Shown piece by piece: positions 36,368 to 46,238 of a stretch of DNA of 48,168 bases. The notes under the pieces are model-generated. The model made no database searches. It saw only the letters and a list, made by a program, of their open reading frames with translations, and was not told the DNA's origin. The stretch comes from a bacterium (GTDB lineage Bacteria; JACRDZ01; JAQUKH01): NCBI GenBank assembly GCA_028719205.1, contig JAQUKH010000021.1, positions 1 through 48,168 of the forward strand, read 5' to 3'. Position 1 is the stretch's first letter. Every line of letters begins with the position of its first letter. The position numbers and the translations under genes were made by a program.

Positions 36368-36619
36368 TTTTTCTCCTTAATACCCACAATAGGCAGGTAT
36401 TATTATTTTATTATTTTACATGTTATATATAATAATAATACTCATATGCTCTGTTAGTATGTTGAAATGTGAAAAAATTTTATATATAGTATAAGAAATT
36501 TAATAGAATAAACTATGGATAACTTGTTATAGTTATCCACATGATTAACATTTAATTGAAAACTTTTTTTTATTAATAACTTATTAACACTTAATACATA
36601 TTTATCCGCCGCAGGCGGG
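36368..36619. other. oriC element between dnaA and dnaN
   Basis: Very AT-rich. Perfect DnaA box TTATCCACA at 36533-36541, a one-mismatch box at 36514-36522, further degenerate boxes, and TAT/ATA trinucleotide runs near 36397-36440. Confidence 0.75.
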
Positions 36620-37933
36620 CTAATTTTTAAGTTTACTAATAATCTCTTCGAGTTGGATATTAAAGTTTAGGTCTTTTTCTTTTAAATTTTTTATCTTTGA
36701 ACAAGCGTGAATAACGGTTGTATGATCTCTGCCGCCGAAATTTACGCCTATTTCAGGTAAAGAGGAATTAGTTAATGTTCTGCTTAGATACATTGCCACC
36801 TGTCTTGGAAACGCGATAGATTTCGATCTTTTCTTTTTTTTCATATCTGAAGTCTGGATGTTGAAATATTTAGCAACTAATTCCTGGATGGCATCAATAT
36901 TAATATTATCAAAATCTTTAGGGAATATGTCTTTTAAAACCTCTTTAACTAATTCCAGGTCAATAGTTCTTTTATTTAAAAAAGCGTAAGCAACAGTGCG
37001 GATAAGCGAGCCTTCTAATTCTCTTATGTTTGATTTGATTTTATTTGCTATAAATAAAGCGACATCATCGGGCAGGTTAATTCTATCTTTTTCCGCCTTT
37101 TTTTTCAATATCGCGATCCTTGTTTCCAGGTCAGGCGGTTGAATATCGGTGATCAATCCCCATTCAAAACGGGAACGCAGCCGCTCTTCCAATGTGGGGA
37201 TATCCTTAGGCGGGCTGTCGCTTGAAATAACTATTTGTTTGTGCGCGTCATAAAGAGTGTTAAAGGTATGGAAAAACTCTTCCTGTGTTCTTTCTTTTCC
37301 CGCTAAAAATTGTATATCGTCAATTAATAATAAATCTATGTTTCTGTATTTATTGCGGAATATAATATCTTTTCCGTCACGGATGCAATTAATAAATTCG
37401 TTTACAAATTTTTCAGAAGAAAGATACATAATTTTTAAATCAGGATATTTTTTTATAACGGAATTCCCTATAGCATGCAGTAAATGGGTTTTTCCTAATC
37501 CGACACCGCCATATATAAAAAAGGGATTATATGTTTTAGCTGGGGATTCGGCAACAGCCATCGCGGCCGCGTGCGCGAACCGGTTGCCGTTTCCGACTAC
37601 AAAATTTTCAAATATATATTTAGTATTTAAGTTGTTCTCAAAGGAAAAATGTTCTTCTTTTGTGGCCGCGCGTTTAACCTCTACAGGGTTTAATTGTTTT
37701 TGAGTAATAGAAAAAACAATATCTTTTTCTTCGTTAGTAATTTCTTTAATAATCTCTTTAATTATGTCTGTATAATGAGTTGAAAGCCAATCCCGATAGA
37801 TAACATTAGGAACTTCGATCTGAATATTGCTATCAGATAAAGAAAGCATTTGCGTGGGGCGGAACCACGTATCAAAGGCCTGAGACGGTATTTTTGTCTG
37901 TATATTTACTTTAATTTTTTCCCAAAGGTTCAT
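36620..37933 (-). CDS. dnaA: chromosomal replication initiator DnaA
   Basis: 'YNPFFIYGGVGLGKTHL', 'LIDDIQF', 'RLRSRFEWGL' and 'GGRDHTTVIHA'. The start is placed at MNLWEK (37933). Confidence 0.97.
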   Translation of the reverse strand: MNLWEKIKVNIQTKIPSQAFDTWFRPTQMLSLSDSNIQIEVPNVIYRDWLSTHYTDIIKEIIKEITNEEKDIVFSITQKQLNPVEVKRAATKEEHFSFENNLNTKYIFENFVVGNGNRFAHAAAMAVAESPAKTYNPFFIYGGVGLGKTHLLHAIGNSVIKKYPDLKIMYLSSEKFVNEFINCIRDGKDIIFRNKYRNIDLLLIDDIQFLAGKERTQEEFFHTFNTLYDAHKQIVISSDSPPKDIPTLEERLRSRFEWGLITDIQPPDLETRIAILKKKAEKDRINLPDDVALFIANKIKSNIRELEGSLIRTVAYAFLNKRTIDLELVKEVLKDIFPKDFDNINIDAIQELVAKYFNIQTSDMKKKKRSKSIAFPRQVAMYLSRTLTNSSLPEIGVNFGGRDHTTVIHACSKIKNLKEKDLNFNIQLEEIISKLKN

Positions 37934-38284
37934 ATTAGTTAACCACAAACTTATCCACATATGTGGATAACTGAAACAACATTTATTTATAAGAAGTTAC
38001 CGATTATTATTTAAGTTATAATATATTTTTTACTAATAATTTTCATTATACAACAAATATATGATTTTACGCAATATTTTTAATATAAAAATGTTTTTTT
38101 TGCTTAAATATAAAAGTTATTAACATATTTTCCACAAGATTAAATTTTTTATTTGATTTTATTAGAAAGGCTTGACTTTAATCTAATATTTAGATATAAT
38201 CTTCTTTTTAATTTTTAATTTATAATATTAATATAGAAATTATACTCTAAAAAAATATATAGTCAAACATAAAAAGGAGAAAAA
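37934..38284. promoter_or_regulatory. dnaA/rpmH intergenic region with DnaA boxes
   Basis: Perfect inverted boxes TTATCCACA (37951-37959) and TGTGGATAA (37962-37970), plus degenerate boxes at 38117-38136. AT-rich. Confidence 0.8.
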
Positions 38285-38419
38285 ATGCATTTTACTTATA
38301 ATCCGAAAAAACGAAAAAGAAAAAAGACCTGTGGTTTTCTTGTTAGGATGAGTACCCCTGGCGGACGGAAGATCATTAAAAGAAGAAGAGCTAAAGGAAG
38401 AAAGAAGTTAGCTGTATAA
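38285..38419 (+). CDS. rpmH: 50S ribosomal protein L34 (not in ORF track)
   Basis: [44 protein letters not shown] with AAGGAG RBS, in the canonical position. Confidence 0.95.
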   Translation: MHFTYNPKKRKRKKTCGFLVRMSTPGGRKIIKRRRAKGRKKLAV

Positions 38420-38436
38420 TCGCAAAAGGACAATAT

Positions 38437-38796
38437 GTGAAAAAATTTGGTTTCTCCGGGCATGAGAGATTAAAAAACACAATAGATTATAATCATGCGC
38501 TTAAAAAAGGAGAAAAGGTTGTACATCCGTTTTTTTACCTTTATTATATTAAAAATAATTTATTGTATAGCCGGCTGGGTATTAGAATAGGTAAAAAGTT
38601 TGGCGATGCGCATGCGCGAAACAGGGTAAAAAGAATAATTAAAGAAGTTTACCGCATAAATAAAAGCTTTATAAAAGGGTTTGATTTAGTTTTTATCCCG
38701 CGTTTTGGCGCAAAATATGTTTTTTCGGATGTGAACAATGCGATTAAACAAGTATTTTTAAAGGTAGAAGAGGGCGCAAAAAAGTACAATATATGA
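38437..38796 (+). CDS. rnpA: ribonuclease P protein component
   Basis: '[21 protein letters not shown]' RNR motif. Confidence 0.93.
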   Translation: MKKFGFSGHERLKNTIDYNHALKKGEKVVHPFFYLYYIKNNLLYSRLGIRIGKKFGDAHARNRVKRIIKEVYRINKSFIKGFDLVFIPRFGAKYVFSDVNNAIKQVFLKVEEGAKKYNI

Positions 38797-39002
38797 AAAA
38801 AATTTTGATAAAAATAATTAGTTTTTATCGTTTTTATATCTCGCCCTTAACATTTCCTTCTTGTCGTTTTATCCCTACATGTTCGGCATATACTATTGAG
38901 GCATTAGAAAAACATGGTTTAACGCGCGGGATTTATTTGGGAATATCCCGTGTCTTAAAATGCCATCCGTTCCATAAAGGCGGATATGACCCAGTCCCTT
39001 GA
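38793..39002 (+). CDS. yidD: membrane protein insertion efficiency factor YidD
   Basis: '[10 protein letters not shown]' and '[14 protein letters not shown]'. Confidence 0.95.
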   Translation: MKKILIKIISFYRFYISPLTFPSCRFIPTCSAYTIEALEKHGLTRGIYLGISRVLKCHPFHKGGYDPVP

Positions 39003-39018
39003 AAATTGGAGTGATTAA

Positions 39019-40602
39019 ATGGAAAAAAGGTTAATAATAGCTTTAGTATTAAGTGGATTAGTCCTTGCTGTTTTTGGTGTTTTAGGGCCAAAATATAACA
39101 AAAAACCGGTTGTAAGGCAAGATAAACAGGAATCAGTTAAGCCGGAAGAAGCAACTATACAGCCGTCAAATTATTTAGATCTTAGCGGCAAAGAGGTTAC
39201 GGTAGAGACGGATGTCCTTAAAATAGTATATTCTGAAAAGGGCGGATGGATAAAAAATATTTTTCTAAAAGAATATAAAGACAAGGAAGGAAAAGAGCTT
39301 GATCTTATTAATGGAGAGGGTACCGGCGGATTGTGGTTTAACAGTAAAGAACTGAACCAGGAAGATTTTACGATCCTTTGTAATGACACAGTTGGCGGGA
39401 ATAAAGAAGTAAAATTAAATTTCTTATATCCGAACGGTTTAGAAATTAAAAAGAATTTTGTTTTTATTCCTCATGAATATAATTTTAAATTCTCTCTTGA
39501 GTTTATTAATCATTCAAATGAAGAACTTAAATTGGATTCACTTTATCTGCAATGGGGCCCTGGGATCAACGCAGAGGAGGAAACTAAGCAGGAACGCGAG
39601 TTGTATAATGTACTGAATATCAACCAGGGAAAAGAGTTAAAAAGAATAAAGTGGGCTAAATTAAAAGATCCTTTGAATGTTAAGGATGAGATAAAGTGGT
39701 TTGGTTTAAATAGTAAATATTTTCTTGTGGCGTTCATTCCTTCAGAAAAGGAGTCTAATCTGCTTATCCGCAAAACAGCGGATAAGGGAATAGAAACAGG
39801 ATTAAATGTTTCTGCGCCGTCCATAGCGCCAAACGGAAAAAAGGAATTTAGCGCTAATATATTCGCGGGGCCGAAAAAGTACAATTTGCTGAAAAAACAG
39901 GGAAACGGATTAGAAAAAAATATTGATTTTGGCTTTTTTAGTTATTTAAGCATAGGGCTTTTATACATACTCAACGGAATAAATAAATTCGCGCGTAATT
40001 ATGGGATAGCTATTTTTATACTGACGCTTGCGGTAAAAATTGTTTTAGGGCCTTTAACTAAAAAGGGTTTTGTGTCTATGCAGAAAATGCAGAAAATCCA
40101 GCCGGAAGTAGAAAAACTGCAGAAAAAATACAAAGACAGCCCAAAAGAACTAAATACAGAAATAATGCAATTGTATAAAGAAAGAAAAGTTAATCCCTTT
40201 GGCGGTTGTTTGCCTATGGTCTTGCAAATCCCGATATTTTGGGCATTGTTTAATACATTAAGAAGCACTATTGAGCTTAGGCAGGCAAAGTTTTTTTGGT
40301 GGATAAACGACCTTTCCCGGCCGGATACGATTTTTAATATACCGTTTCATTTACCGGTGATGGGTAATAATATAAATTTATTGCCGGTTATTATGGTTGC
40401 TACTCAGATAATACAGCAAAATATGATGCCCTCGGGCGCGAAATCCAGTGAACAAAAAATGATGTTTTACGCCATGCCGGTTATTTTTATGGTAATGTTT
40501 TATAATTTCCCGTCAGGACTGGTTTTATATTGGACGCTGAATAATCTATTTACGATCATTCAACAGTATTTCCTTATAAAAGACTTAAACACTTCAAATT
40601 AG
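39019..40602 (+). CDS. yidC: membrane protein insertase YidC
   Basis: Large periplasmic domain; 'GGCLPMVLQIPIF', 'WINDLSRPD' and 'PSGLVLYW'. Confidence 0.95.
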   Translation: MEKRLIIALVLSGLVLAVFGVLGPKYNKKPVVRQDKQESVKPEEATIQPSNYLDLSGKEVTVETDVLKIVYSEKGGWIKNIFLKEYKDKEGKELDLINGEGTGGLWFNSKELNQEDFTILCNDTVGGNKEVKLNFLYPNGLEIKKNFVFIPHEYNFKFSLEFINHSNEELKLDSLYLQWGPGINAEEETKQERELYNVLNINQGKELKRIKWAKLKDPLNVKDEIKWFGLNSKYFLVAFIPSEKESNLLIRKTADKGIETGLNVSAPSIAPNGKKEFSANIFAGPKKYNLLKKQGNGLEKNIDFGFFSYLSIGLLYILNGINKFARNYGIAIFILTLAVKIVLGPLTKKGFVSMQKMQKIQPEVEKLQKKYKDSPKELNTEIMQLYKERKVNPFGGCLPMVLQIPIFWALFNTLRSTIELRQAKFFWWINDLSRPDTIFNIPFHLPVMGNNINLLPVIMVATQIIQQNMMPSGAKSSEQKMMFYAMPVIFMVMFYNFPSGLVLYWTLNNLFTIIQQYFLIKDLNTSN

Positions 40603-40610
40603 GAATAGGG

Positions 40611-41996
40611 ATGCCAGAAGATACTATTGCGGCCATTTCTACACCGTTAGGACAGGGGGGTATTGGAATTGTAAGGATTAGCGGAACGCAGGCTTTTCCT
40701 ATCACACAAAAAATATTTTTCCTTTCCAAAAAGAATACTTTTAAAATAGAGAAAAAAAGAAAAATACTGTATGGATTTATCCGTGACCCGAAGACCGGAA
40801 ACACCGTAGAGGAGGTTTTAGTTTCTTTAATGAAAGGGCCAAAGACCTACACGCGGGAAGATATCGCGGAAATAAATTGCCACGGCGGATTTTTATCTTT
40901 ACGCAGGGTACTAGAGATTATTTTAAGGTGCGGAGCAAGGCTTGCTGAACCGGGAGAGTTTACCAAACGGGCGTTCCTTAATGGTCGGATAGATCTTATT
41001 CAGGCGGAGGCAATAGCTGATTTTATCCGTTCTAAGACTGAGAGAAGCCTTCAAATGTCTTTTCGTCAGATAAAAGGCGGGTTATCAAAAGAAATAGATG
41101 GTTTAAAACAGGGATTAAAAAGATTAATTGCGCAGGTTGAAGCAGGAATTGATCATCCGGAAGATGATATAAAAAAAATATCAAAAAAAGAAATTGGCAA
41201 AGAATTAAAAAAACTGGATAAAGGTTTTTCTGACATTTTGGGAACAGCGGATGACGGAAAAGTGTTGAGAGAGGGTATAAAAATAGGAATTATTGGAAGG
41301 CCCAATGTCGGAAAATCAAGCCTTCTTAATAGATTGCTGGATGAAGACAGGGCAATTGTTACACATATTCCGGGAACGACGAGAGATACTTTAGAGGAAG
41401 AAATAAATATAAACGGTATTCCTTTAATTATTATTGATACGGCAGGGATCAGAGACACAAAAGATTTTATTGAAAAAGAGGGAGTTTCCCGCAGCCGTAA
41501 AGTATTATCTGACTCAGACCTTTTGCTTTTGGTTATTGATGGAAGTGAACGTTTAACAGCTGAAGATAAAAAGTTATTAGAATTAACAAAAAGCAAAAAG
41601 GTTGTTATAGTAATAAATAAGGTTGATTTAGAAAAAAATATTTGCTACAATGAAAGCCTGTGCCTATTGAAAAGAATGGATATTGTTCAGATATCCGCTT
41701 TAAAGAATCTAGGGATAGAAGCATTAAAGAAGAAAATCAGAGATATTATCTTAAAATGCGGTTTGTTCTCGGGCGGCAAGGAAATAAAGATCAGCAATAT
41801 TCGACAGATCGAATTGCTTCGCAAAGGAAAAGAATTTTTAAGTAAGGCCAATGAAGCGGTTGTGCAGGGATTATCAGAAGAGTTTATATCGCACGACCTT
41901 ATTTTATGTCTGGAATCTCTTGAGCAGATAACGGGAAAACTGGTTAGAGAAAATATAATTGAAGAGATATTTTCACAATTTTGTTTAGGCAAATGA
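40611..41996 (+). CDS. mnmE: tRNA modification GTPase MnmE/TrmE
   Basis: 'DTIAAISTP', 'GEFTKRAFLNG', 'GRPNVGKSSL', 'GTTRD' and C-terminal 'FCLGK'. Confidence 0.96.
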   Translation: MPEDTIAAISTPLGQGGIGIVRISGTQAFPITQKIFFLSKKNTFKIEKKRKILYGFIRDPKTGNTVEEVLVSLMKGPKTYTREDIAEINCHGGFLSLRRVLEIILRCGARLAEPGEFTKRAFLNGRIDLIQAEAIADFIRSKTERSLQMSFRQIKGGLSKEIDGLKQGLKRLIAQVEAGIDHPEDDIKKISKKEIGKELKKLDKGFSDILGTADDGKVLREGIKIGIIGRPNVGKSSLLNRLLDEDRAIVTHIPGTTRDTLEEEININGIPLIIIDTAGIRDTKDFIEKEGVSRSRKVLSDSDLLLLVIDGSERLTAEDKKLLELTKSKKVVIVINKVDLEKNICYNESLCLLKRMDIVQISALKNLGIEALKKKIRDIILKCGLFSGGKEIKISNIRQIELLRKGKEFLSKANEAVVQGLSEEFISHDLILCLESLEQITGKLVRENIIEEIFSQFCLGK

Positions 41997-42016
41997 TTCT
42001 GTAAAATTATTATCTC

Positions 42017-44104
42017 ATGAAAGAAAAAATGGGGTTATTAAATTTTAGAGTTTTTAGATTTAAAATTTCCTACTACGCATTAATATCCTTACTGATGTTA
42101 TGTCTTTTTATCAGAAGGAAGAATGTATATGCGGATGTATGCGGTAATGCCAAGGCTGAAGAGGCTTATAAAGAAGGTATGGCTTCTTTTAAGGAAAAAT
42201 TATATAACGCAGCTAGACAGCAATTTGAAAAAGCTATCCGTTATGACCAGAATTGTGTTGAAGCGCATTATCAGTTAGGTTTGGCATATACTTTCTTAAT
42301 CCCCTACCAGGATCTGGCTATCGTAGAATTTAGAAAGGTGCAGGAATTAGTGCCTGATAATACGGCGGCTACTCATGTCAAAGCGGTTTTTAATGAAGGA
42401 TTAGCCCATTTAAGAATGGGCGCGTATGAAGAGGCTATTGTAGTCCTAAAAAAAGTAAAAGAATTAGATCCCACATATAAAGAACTTGATAAACTTCATA
42501 ATTATTTAGGGGTTGCTTATTGTTTTTTAAACAATTACGAAGACGGTATCAGGGAATTTAAAAAAGCCATTCAGGAAAATGCTACCTACCGCGAGGCGAA
42601 TTATAACCTAAAGAGTGTTAATATGCGATTGCTTTATTTTAATGTCGGTGTTACATATGGTTTTATGGGTAATTACCGGCAGGCGATAGAACAGTTAAAT
42701 AAGGCGATTGAGATATCTACCAATTTTTATAACGCGCACATGGAGCTTGCCCGCATATATATCCGTGAAGGTATGTATGGGGATGCTATAAGTGAATTGA
42801 TCCGTTGCGACAGGATAAACCCTAATCATAGGAATAACCGTAAAGTATATATGAACCTTGGAATAGCTTACTATAACCAGGGAAGCCCGAAGATTGCAGT
42901 TGAATATTTAAGGAAAGCCTTAAGATTACAACCGGACTACGAAGAGGCTATTAAAAATTTGCGAAGCATATTTCAGGGCTATGATCCTTTAAAGGAAGAA
43001 AAAACAAGTTTCACGGAAGACCCTAAAAAATATATTGAAGTTCGTATGGAAGTTGCAAGGGATTATTATATGGTGGGTTTGTATGACAAAGCAGTTGCCG
43101 TTTGTAATGAGATTTTGAATGTAGATTTTCAAAATAAAGAAGCGGCAGATTTAATTTTAACATCCTATTCCGCGCGAGCTGATTATTATATAGACAAAAA
43201 AGACTATTCAAACGCGATCAAAGCCTTAAAAGCGCTTTTAAAAATTACTCCGGAAAATACGGATGTATGGTATAAACTGGGGATCTCCTATTTTTCCATG
43301 CCGGGTAATTACTGGTATAAAGAAGCAGAAGAGGCGTTTAAAAAGGTTATTTCATTTAAAGGGAAAGAAGAGTTTATCGGGGAAAGCCATTATTATATAG
43401 CTCAGATTTATTATACCCAAAAGAAAAATGATGAGGCAAGGACAGAGGTCGAAATCGCTATTAGAAATAACACGGATAACCCTGATTACCATTTATTAGC
43501 AGCAAAGATAAACAGAACTCTTGGTGCGTTTAATGATGCGGAGGCTGAAATTAAGCAAGCTATTGAATTGGATGCTGAAAATGAGGAATATCCGAAATTA
43601 TTGCGTGAAATTATTAAAGATAAGCTTAAAGAGGAGAGAGGGCTTAATAAAGGCGGAACGGAAGATCAAGATTTATCTGAAGGTGGAGAAGTGGTTGTGG
43701 AAGATTATAAGACACTGATCCGGCGGGGCTTAAGTTATGTAAAACGGGAAGAATTTGATAACGCGTTAGGAGTATTCCGCAGCGCGTCTGAAGCTACCCC
43801 CGAAGGGATGGAGGCTCACAATAATATTGGCGCCTGCTTATTGCGTACCGGGAAGTTTAACGAGGCATTAGTGGAATTTATGGTATGTGAAAGTATGAGC
43901 CCAAAAGACGCGGAAATACATATTAATTTGGCTATTGCTTATTACTTTTTATCAGACTTTAAGAATGCAAAAGAAGAATATCTCAAGGCAATAGCCATTA
44001 ATAGCGAATTTTCCAAGGACACATTATATATAAAATTGATAGAAAGCGGTACAGTTCCGAATAAGGACTTTTTCCCTAAAATTATATGGAAAAATCCAAA
44101 ATAA
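42017..44104 (+). CDS. exported multi-TPR protein
   Basis: N-terminal hydrophobic segment and many TPR repeats ('AHYQLGLAY', 'HNYLGVAY', 'YMNLGIAY', 'HNNIGACL'). Confidence 0.88.
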   Translation: MKEKMGLLNFRVFRFKISYYALISLLMLCLFIRRKNVYADVCGNAKAEEAYKEGMASFKEKLYNAARQQFEKAIRYDQNCVEAHYQLGLAYTFLIPYQDLAIVEFRKVQELVPDNTAATHVKAVFNEGLAHLRMGAYEEAIVVLKKVKELDPTYKELDKLHNYLGVAYCFLNNYEDGIREFKKAIQENATYREANYNLKSVNMRLLYFNVGVTYGFMGNYRQAIEQLNKAIEISTNFYNAHMELARIYIREGMYGDAISELIRCDRINPNHRNNRKVYMNLGIAYYNQGSPKIAVEYLRKALRLQPDYEEAIKNLRSIFQGYDPLKEEKTSFTEDPKKYIEVRMEVARDYYMVGLYDKAVAVCNEILNVDFQNKEAADLILTSYSARADYYIDKKDYSNAIKALKALLKITPENTDVWYKLGISYFSMPGNYWYKEAEEAFKKVISFKGKEEFIGESHYYIAQIYYTQKKNDEARTEVEIAIRNNTDNPDYHLLAAKINRTLGAFNDAEAEIKQAIELDAENEEYPKLLREIIKDKLKEERGLNKGGTEDQDLSEGGEVVVEDYKTLIRRGLSYVKREEFDNALGVFRSASEATPEGMEAHNNIGACLLRTGKFNEALVEFMVCESMSPKDAEIHINLAIAYYFLSDFKNAKEEYLKAIAINSEFSKDTLYIKLIESGTVPNKDFFPKIIWKNPK

Positions 44105-44117
44105 TTAGGATATAGAA

Positions 44118-45599
44118 ATGTTTAATTTAATGAAAAAAAACAAAAATTATATTATTCTATCAATAACGATATCATTATTGATAGGGCATACCGTATTTTC
44201 CGCTTCGGCAAATGAAACTAAAGCCATAGAGGAATTTGCGAGGAAAAAAGGCAGGCCGAATCCGCATAACGAAATAGAATGTATTGATTGCCATAAAACT
44301 AAACCGGGCAAGGAAGAGACAAGAGATAATGTAACATTTAAAACAGCTATAGATGAACTTTGTGTAGAATGCCATGGGGCAGAGAGCAATATTCATCCTA
44401 CGGGAGTAATTCCTTCTATGAAAATTCCAGCTCATCTTCCTTTAAGCAAAGAAAAAAAGGTTAATTGTGTTACCTGCCATGATATGCACGCTAAAGATAC
44501 TAAATTCAGTTTACTTCGGGGATTTGAAGAAGGCAAATATAAGTGGCGGACGGATATGTGTTATGACTGCCATGGAATGGAATTCCTTAAGAAAAATCCG
44601 CATCGTATTATGGAAGGGAAGCGCAAATGTAATTATTGTCATGCCACTGAGCCCAAGGTAAGTGATACTGAAAAGACGGTAGGATTTAGAATTAGTGTTC
44701 TGACGTTATGTAATTTTTGCCATAATGTCGCGGCAAAAAATCATCCTATGAATGTGGATACTACCATATCTCCCCCGGCAAGCCTTCCGCGTGACGCCGA
44801 TGGGAATATGACTTGCGCGACTTGTCATGATCCGCATGGGGCCTCGGCAACCGCGCATTTTTTAAGGCCGGAATATATTTACACTCTGGAAGAGGGAAGA
44901 TATATTAAACCCCATTTTGATGATAGCCAATGTTTAGTTTGTCATATTACTATGCCAAAGGAAGGTGCTACCCCGGACGAGGTTGATTATAGGTTTGGAG
45001 GCAATTTCACGCTTCTTTGCAACAGCTGTCACGGGACAGAAGCTAATATGCATCCTGTAGATATTTTGCCTCCGCCGGAGATGAAGATTGATCCGATCCT
45101 CCCTCTTCGAAATGGCAAAATCACCTGTCAGTCATGCCATAACGCAGGATTTGTAAGCAGGTCCAGCCTTTACTTACTTCGGGGATTTGAAGAAGGCGGG
45201 AAAAATAAGGAAATTAATGATCTGTGTTTTATGTGCCACGATAAAGAGGAATTTAAAAAATTGAATCCTCATTTTGAAATGAAGGCAAAACGGAAATGCA
45301 TGTATTGTCATATTACCCCGCCGGATACCGGAGATAAAAATGATGAAGAGAGCGATAAGGGTATTAAGGGAGGAAAGATTAAGATGCTTTGTATCAGGTG
45401 CCATTCTCACAGGCCGCATCCGGCATCGTTTTCCCATGTTGTAAAACCAACAATGATCGTACCAAAAGGATTTCCTCTGGATACAAACGGAGAGATTACA
45501 TGCTCTTCCTGCCATGACCCTCATTTTGAAGGTGAAAAGGCTTCAAAAACTAAGAGGCTTCGGAAAGGGTTTGCCTGTAATTTGTGCCATCTAGTTTAA
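44118..45599 (+). CDS. exported 15-heme cytochrome c (paralog of 23299-25038)
   Basis: Signal peptide and 15 CxxCH motifs counted. Confidence 0.9.
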   Translation: MFNLMKKNKNYIILSITISLLIGHTVFSASANETKAIEEFARKKGRPNPHNEIECIDCHKTKPGKEETRDNVTFKTAIDELCVECHGAESNIHPTGVIPSMKIPAHLPLSKEKKVNCVTCHDMHAKDTKFSLLRGFEEGKYKWRTDMCYDCHGMEFLKKNPHRIMEGKRKCNYCHATEPKVSDTEKTVGFRISVLTLCNFCHNVAAKNHPMNVDTTISPPASLPRDADGNMTCATCHDPHGASATAHFLRPEYIYTLEEGRYIKPHFDDSQCLVCHITMPKEGATPDEVDYRFGGNFTLLCNSCHGTEANMHPVDILPPPEMKIDPILPLRNGKITCQSCHNAGFVSRSSLYLLRGFEEGGKNKEINDLCFMCHDKEEFKKLNPHFEMKAKRKCMYCHITPPDTGDKNDEESDKGIKGGKIKMLCIRCHSHRPHPASFSHVVKPTMIVPKGFPLDTNGEITCSSCHDPHFEGEKASKTKRLRKGFACNLCHLV

Positions 45600-45659
45600 C
45601 CAAAAGCAAAATATTTTTTGTAGTGATGGAATAATTTTGATTGATGAGGAGGTTCAAAC

Positions 45660-46229
45660 ATGGAAGCAAAATTAAAACGCAGCAATTATTTTATTAAAAA
45701 AACGTTTCAGCTGAAATTTATCGGCGTTTTTTTAGCTCTAATTATTTTAGGCAGTATGATTTTAGGGTGGGTAATCTACCGAATAACAAACCAGTCATTA
45801 GCACGGGCTTTTTACCAGTCGCATCTTCAAATTAAATCTACATGGGAAATTCTTTTTCCATCGGTGGCAGTTGCCACTTTGCTTGCTATTTTTATCTCAG
45901 GAACCATCAGCGTTGTTATGGTTCTTATTTTCTCCCATAAAATTGCGGGGCCATTATTCCGTTTTGAAAAAAATTTGGAAGAAGTTGCTAAAGGGGACTT
46001 AACGGTTAAAACCAAATTAAGAGATACTGATCAGCTCGAAATGCTGGCTGATAAATTAAATATTTTAACTAAAGAATTAAACTTACGGATAAAAGAAATT
46101 AAAACAGAAACTGAAAAACTTTCAGAATGTCTTCAAAAAACAAATTATCTGGATGGTTCTGCGAAGAGCAAAGAAATCAAAGACAGCCTGGACCATCTTG
46201 ATAAGATCATCAGTCAATTTAAACTATAA
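45660..46229 (+). CDS. two-TM HAMP-domain protein without output domain
   Basis: 'SHKIAGPLFRFEKNLEEVAKGDLT...LRDTDQLEMLADKLN' HAMP after two TM helices. Confidence 0.8.
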   Translation: MEAKLKRSNYFIKKTFQLKFIGVFLALIILGSMILGWVIYRITNQSLARAFYQSHLQIKSTWEILFPSVAVATLLAIFISGTISVVMVLIFSHKIAGPLFRFEKNLEEVAKGDLTVKTKLRDTDQLEMLADKLNILTKELNLRIKEIKTETEKLSECLQKTNYLDGSAKSKEIKDSLDHLDKIISQFKL

Positions 46230-46238
46230 GACAAATAC

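Noticed and set aside
37934-37960. Extended DnaA N-terminus MWISLWLTN
   Set aside because: It is a translation of the DnaA boxes. MNLWEK matches typical DnaA starts.
45660-46229. Methyl-accepting chemotaxis protein
   Set aside because: The protein ends shortly after the HAMP domain with no MCP signalling hairpin.
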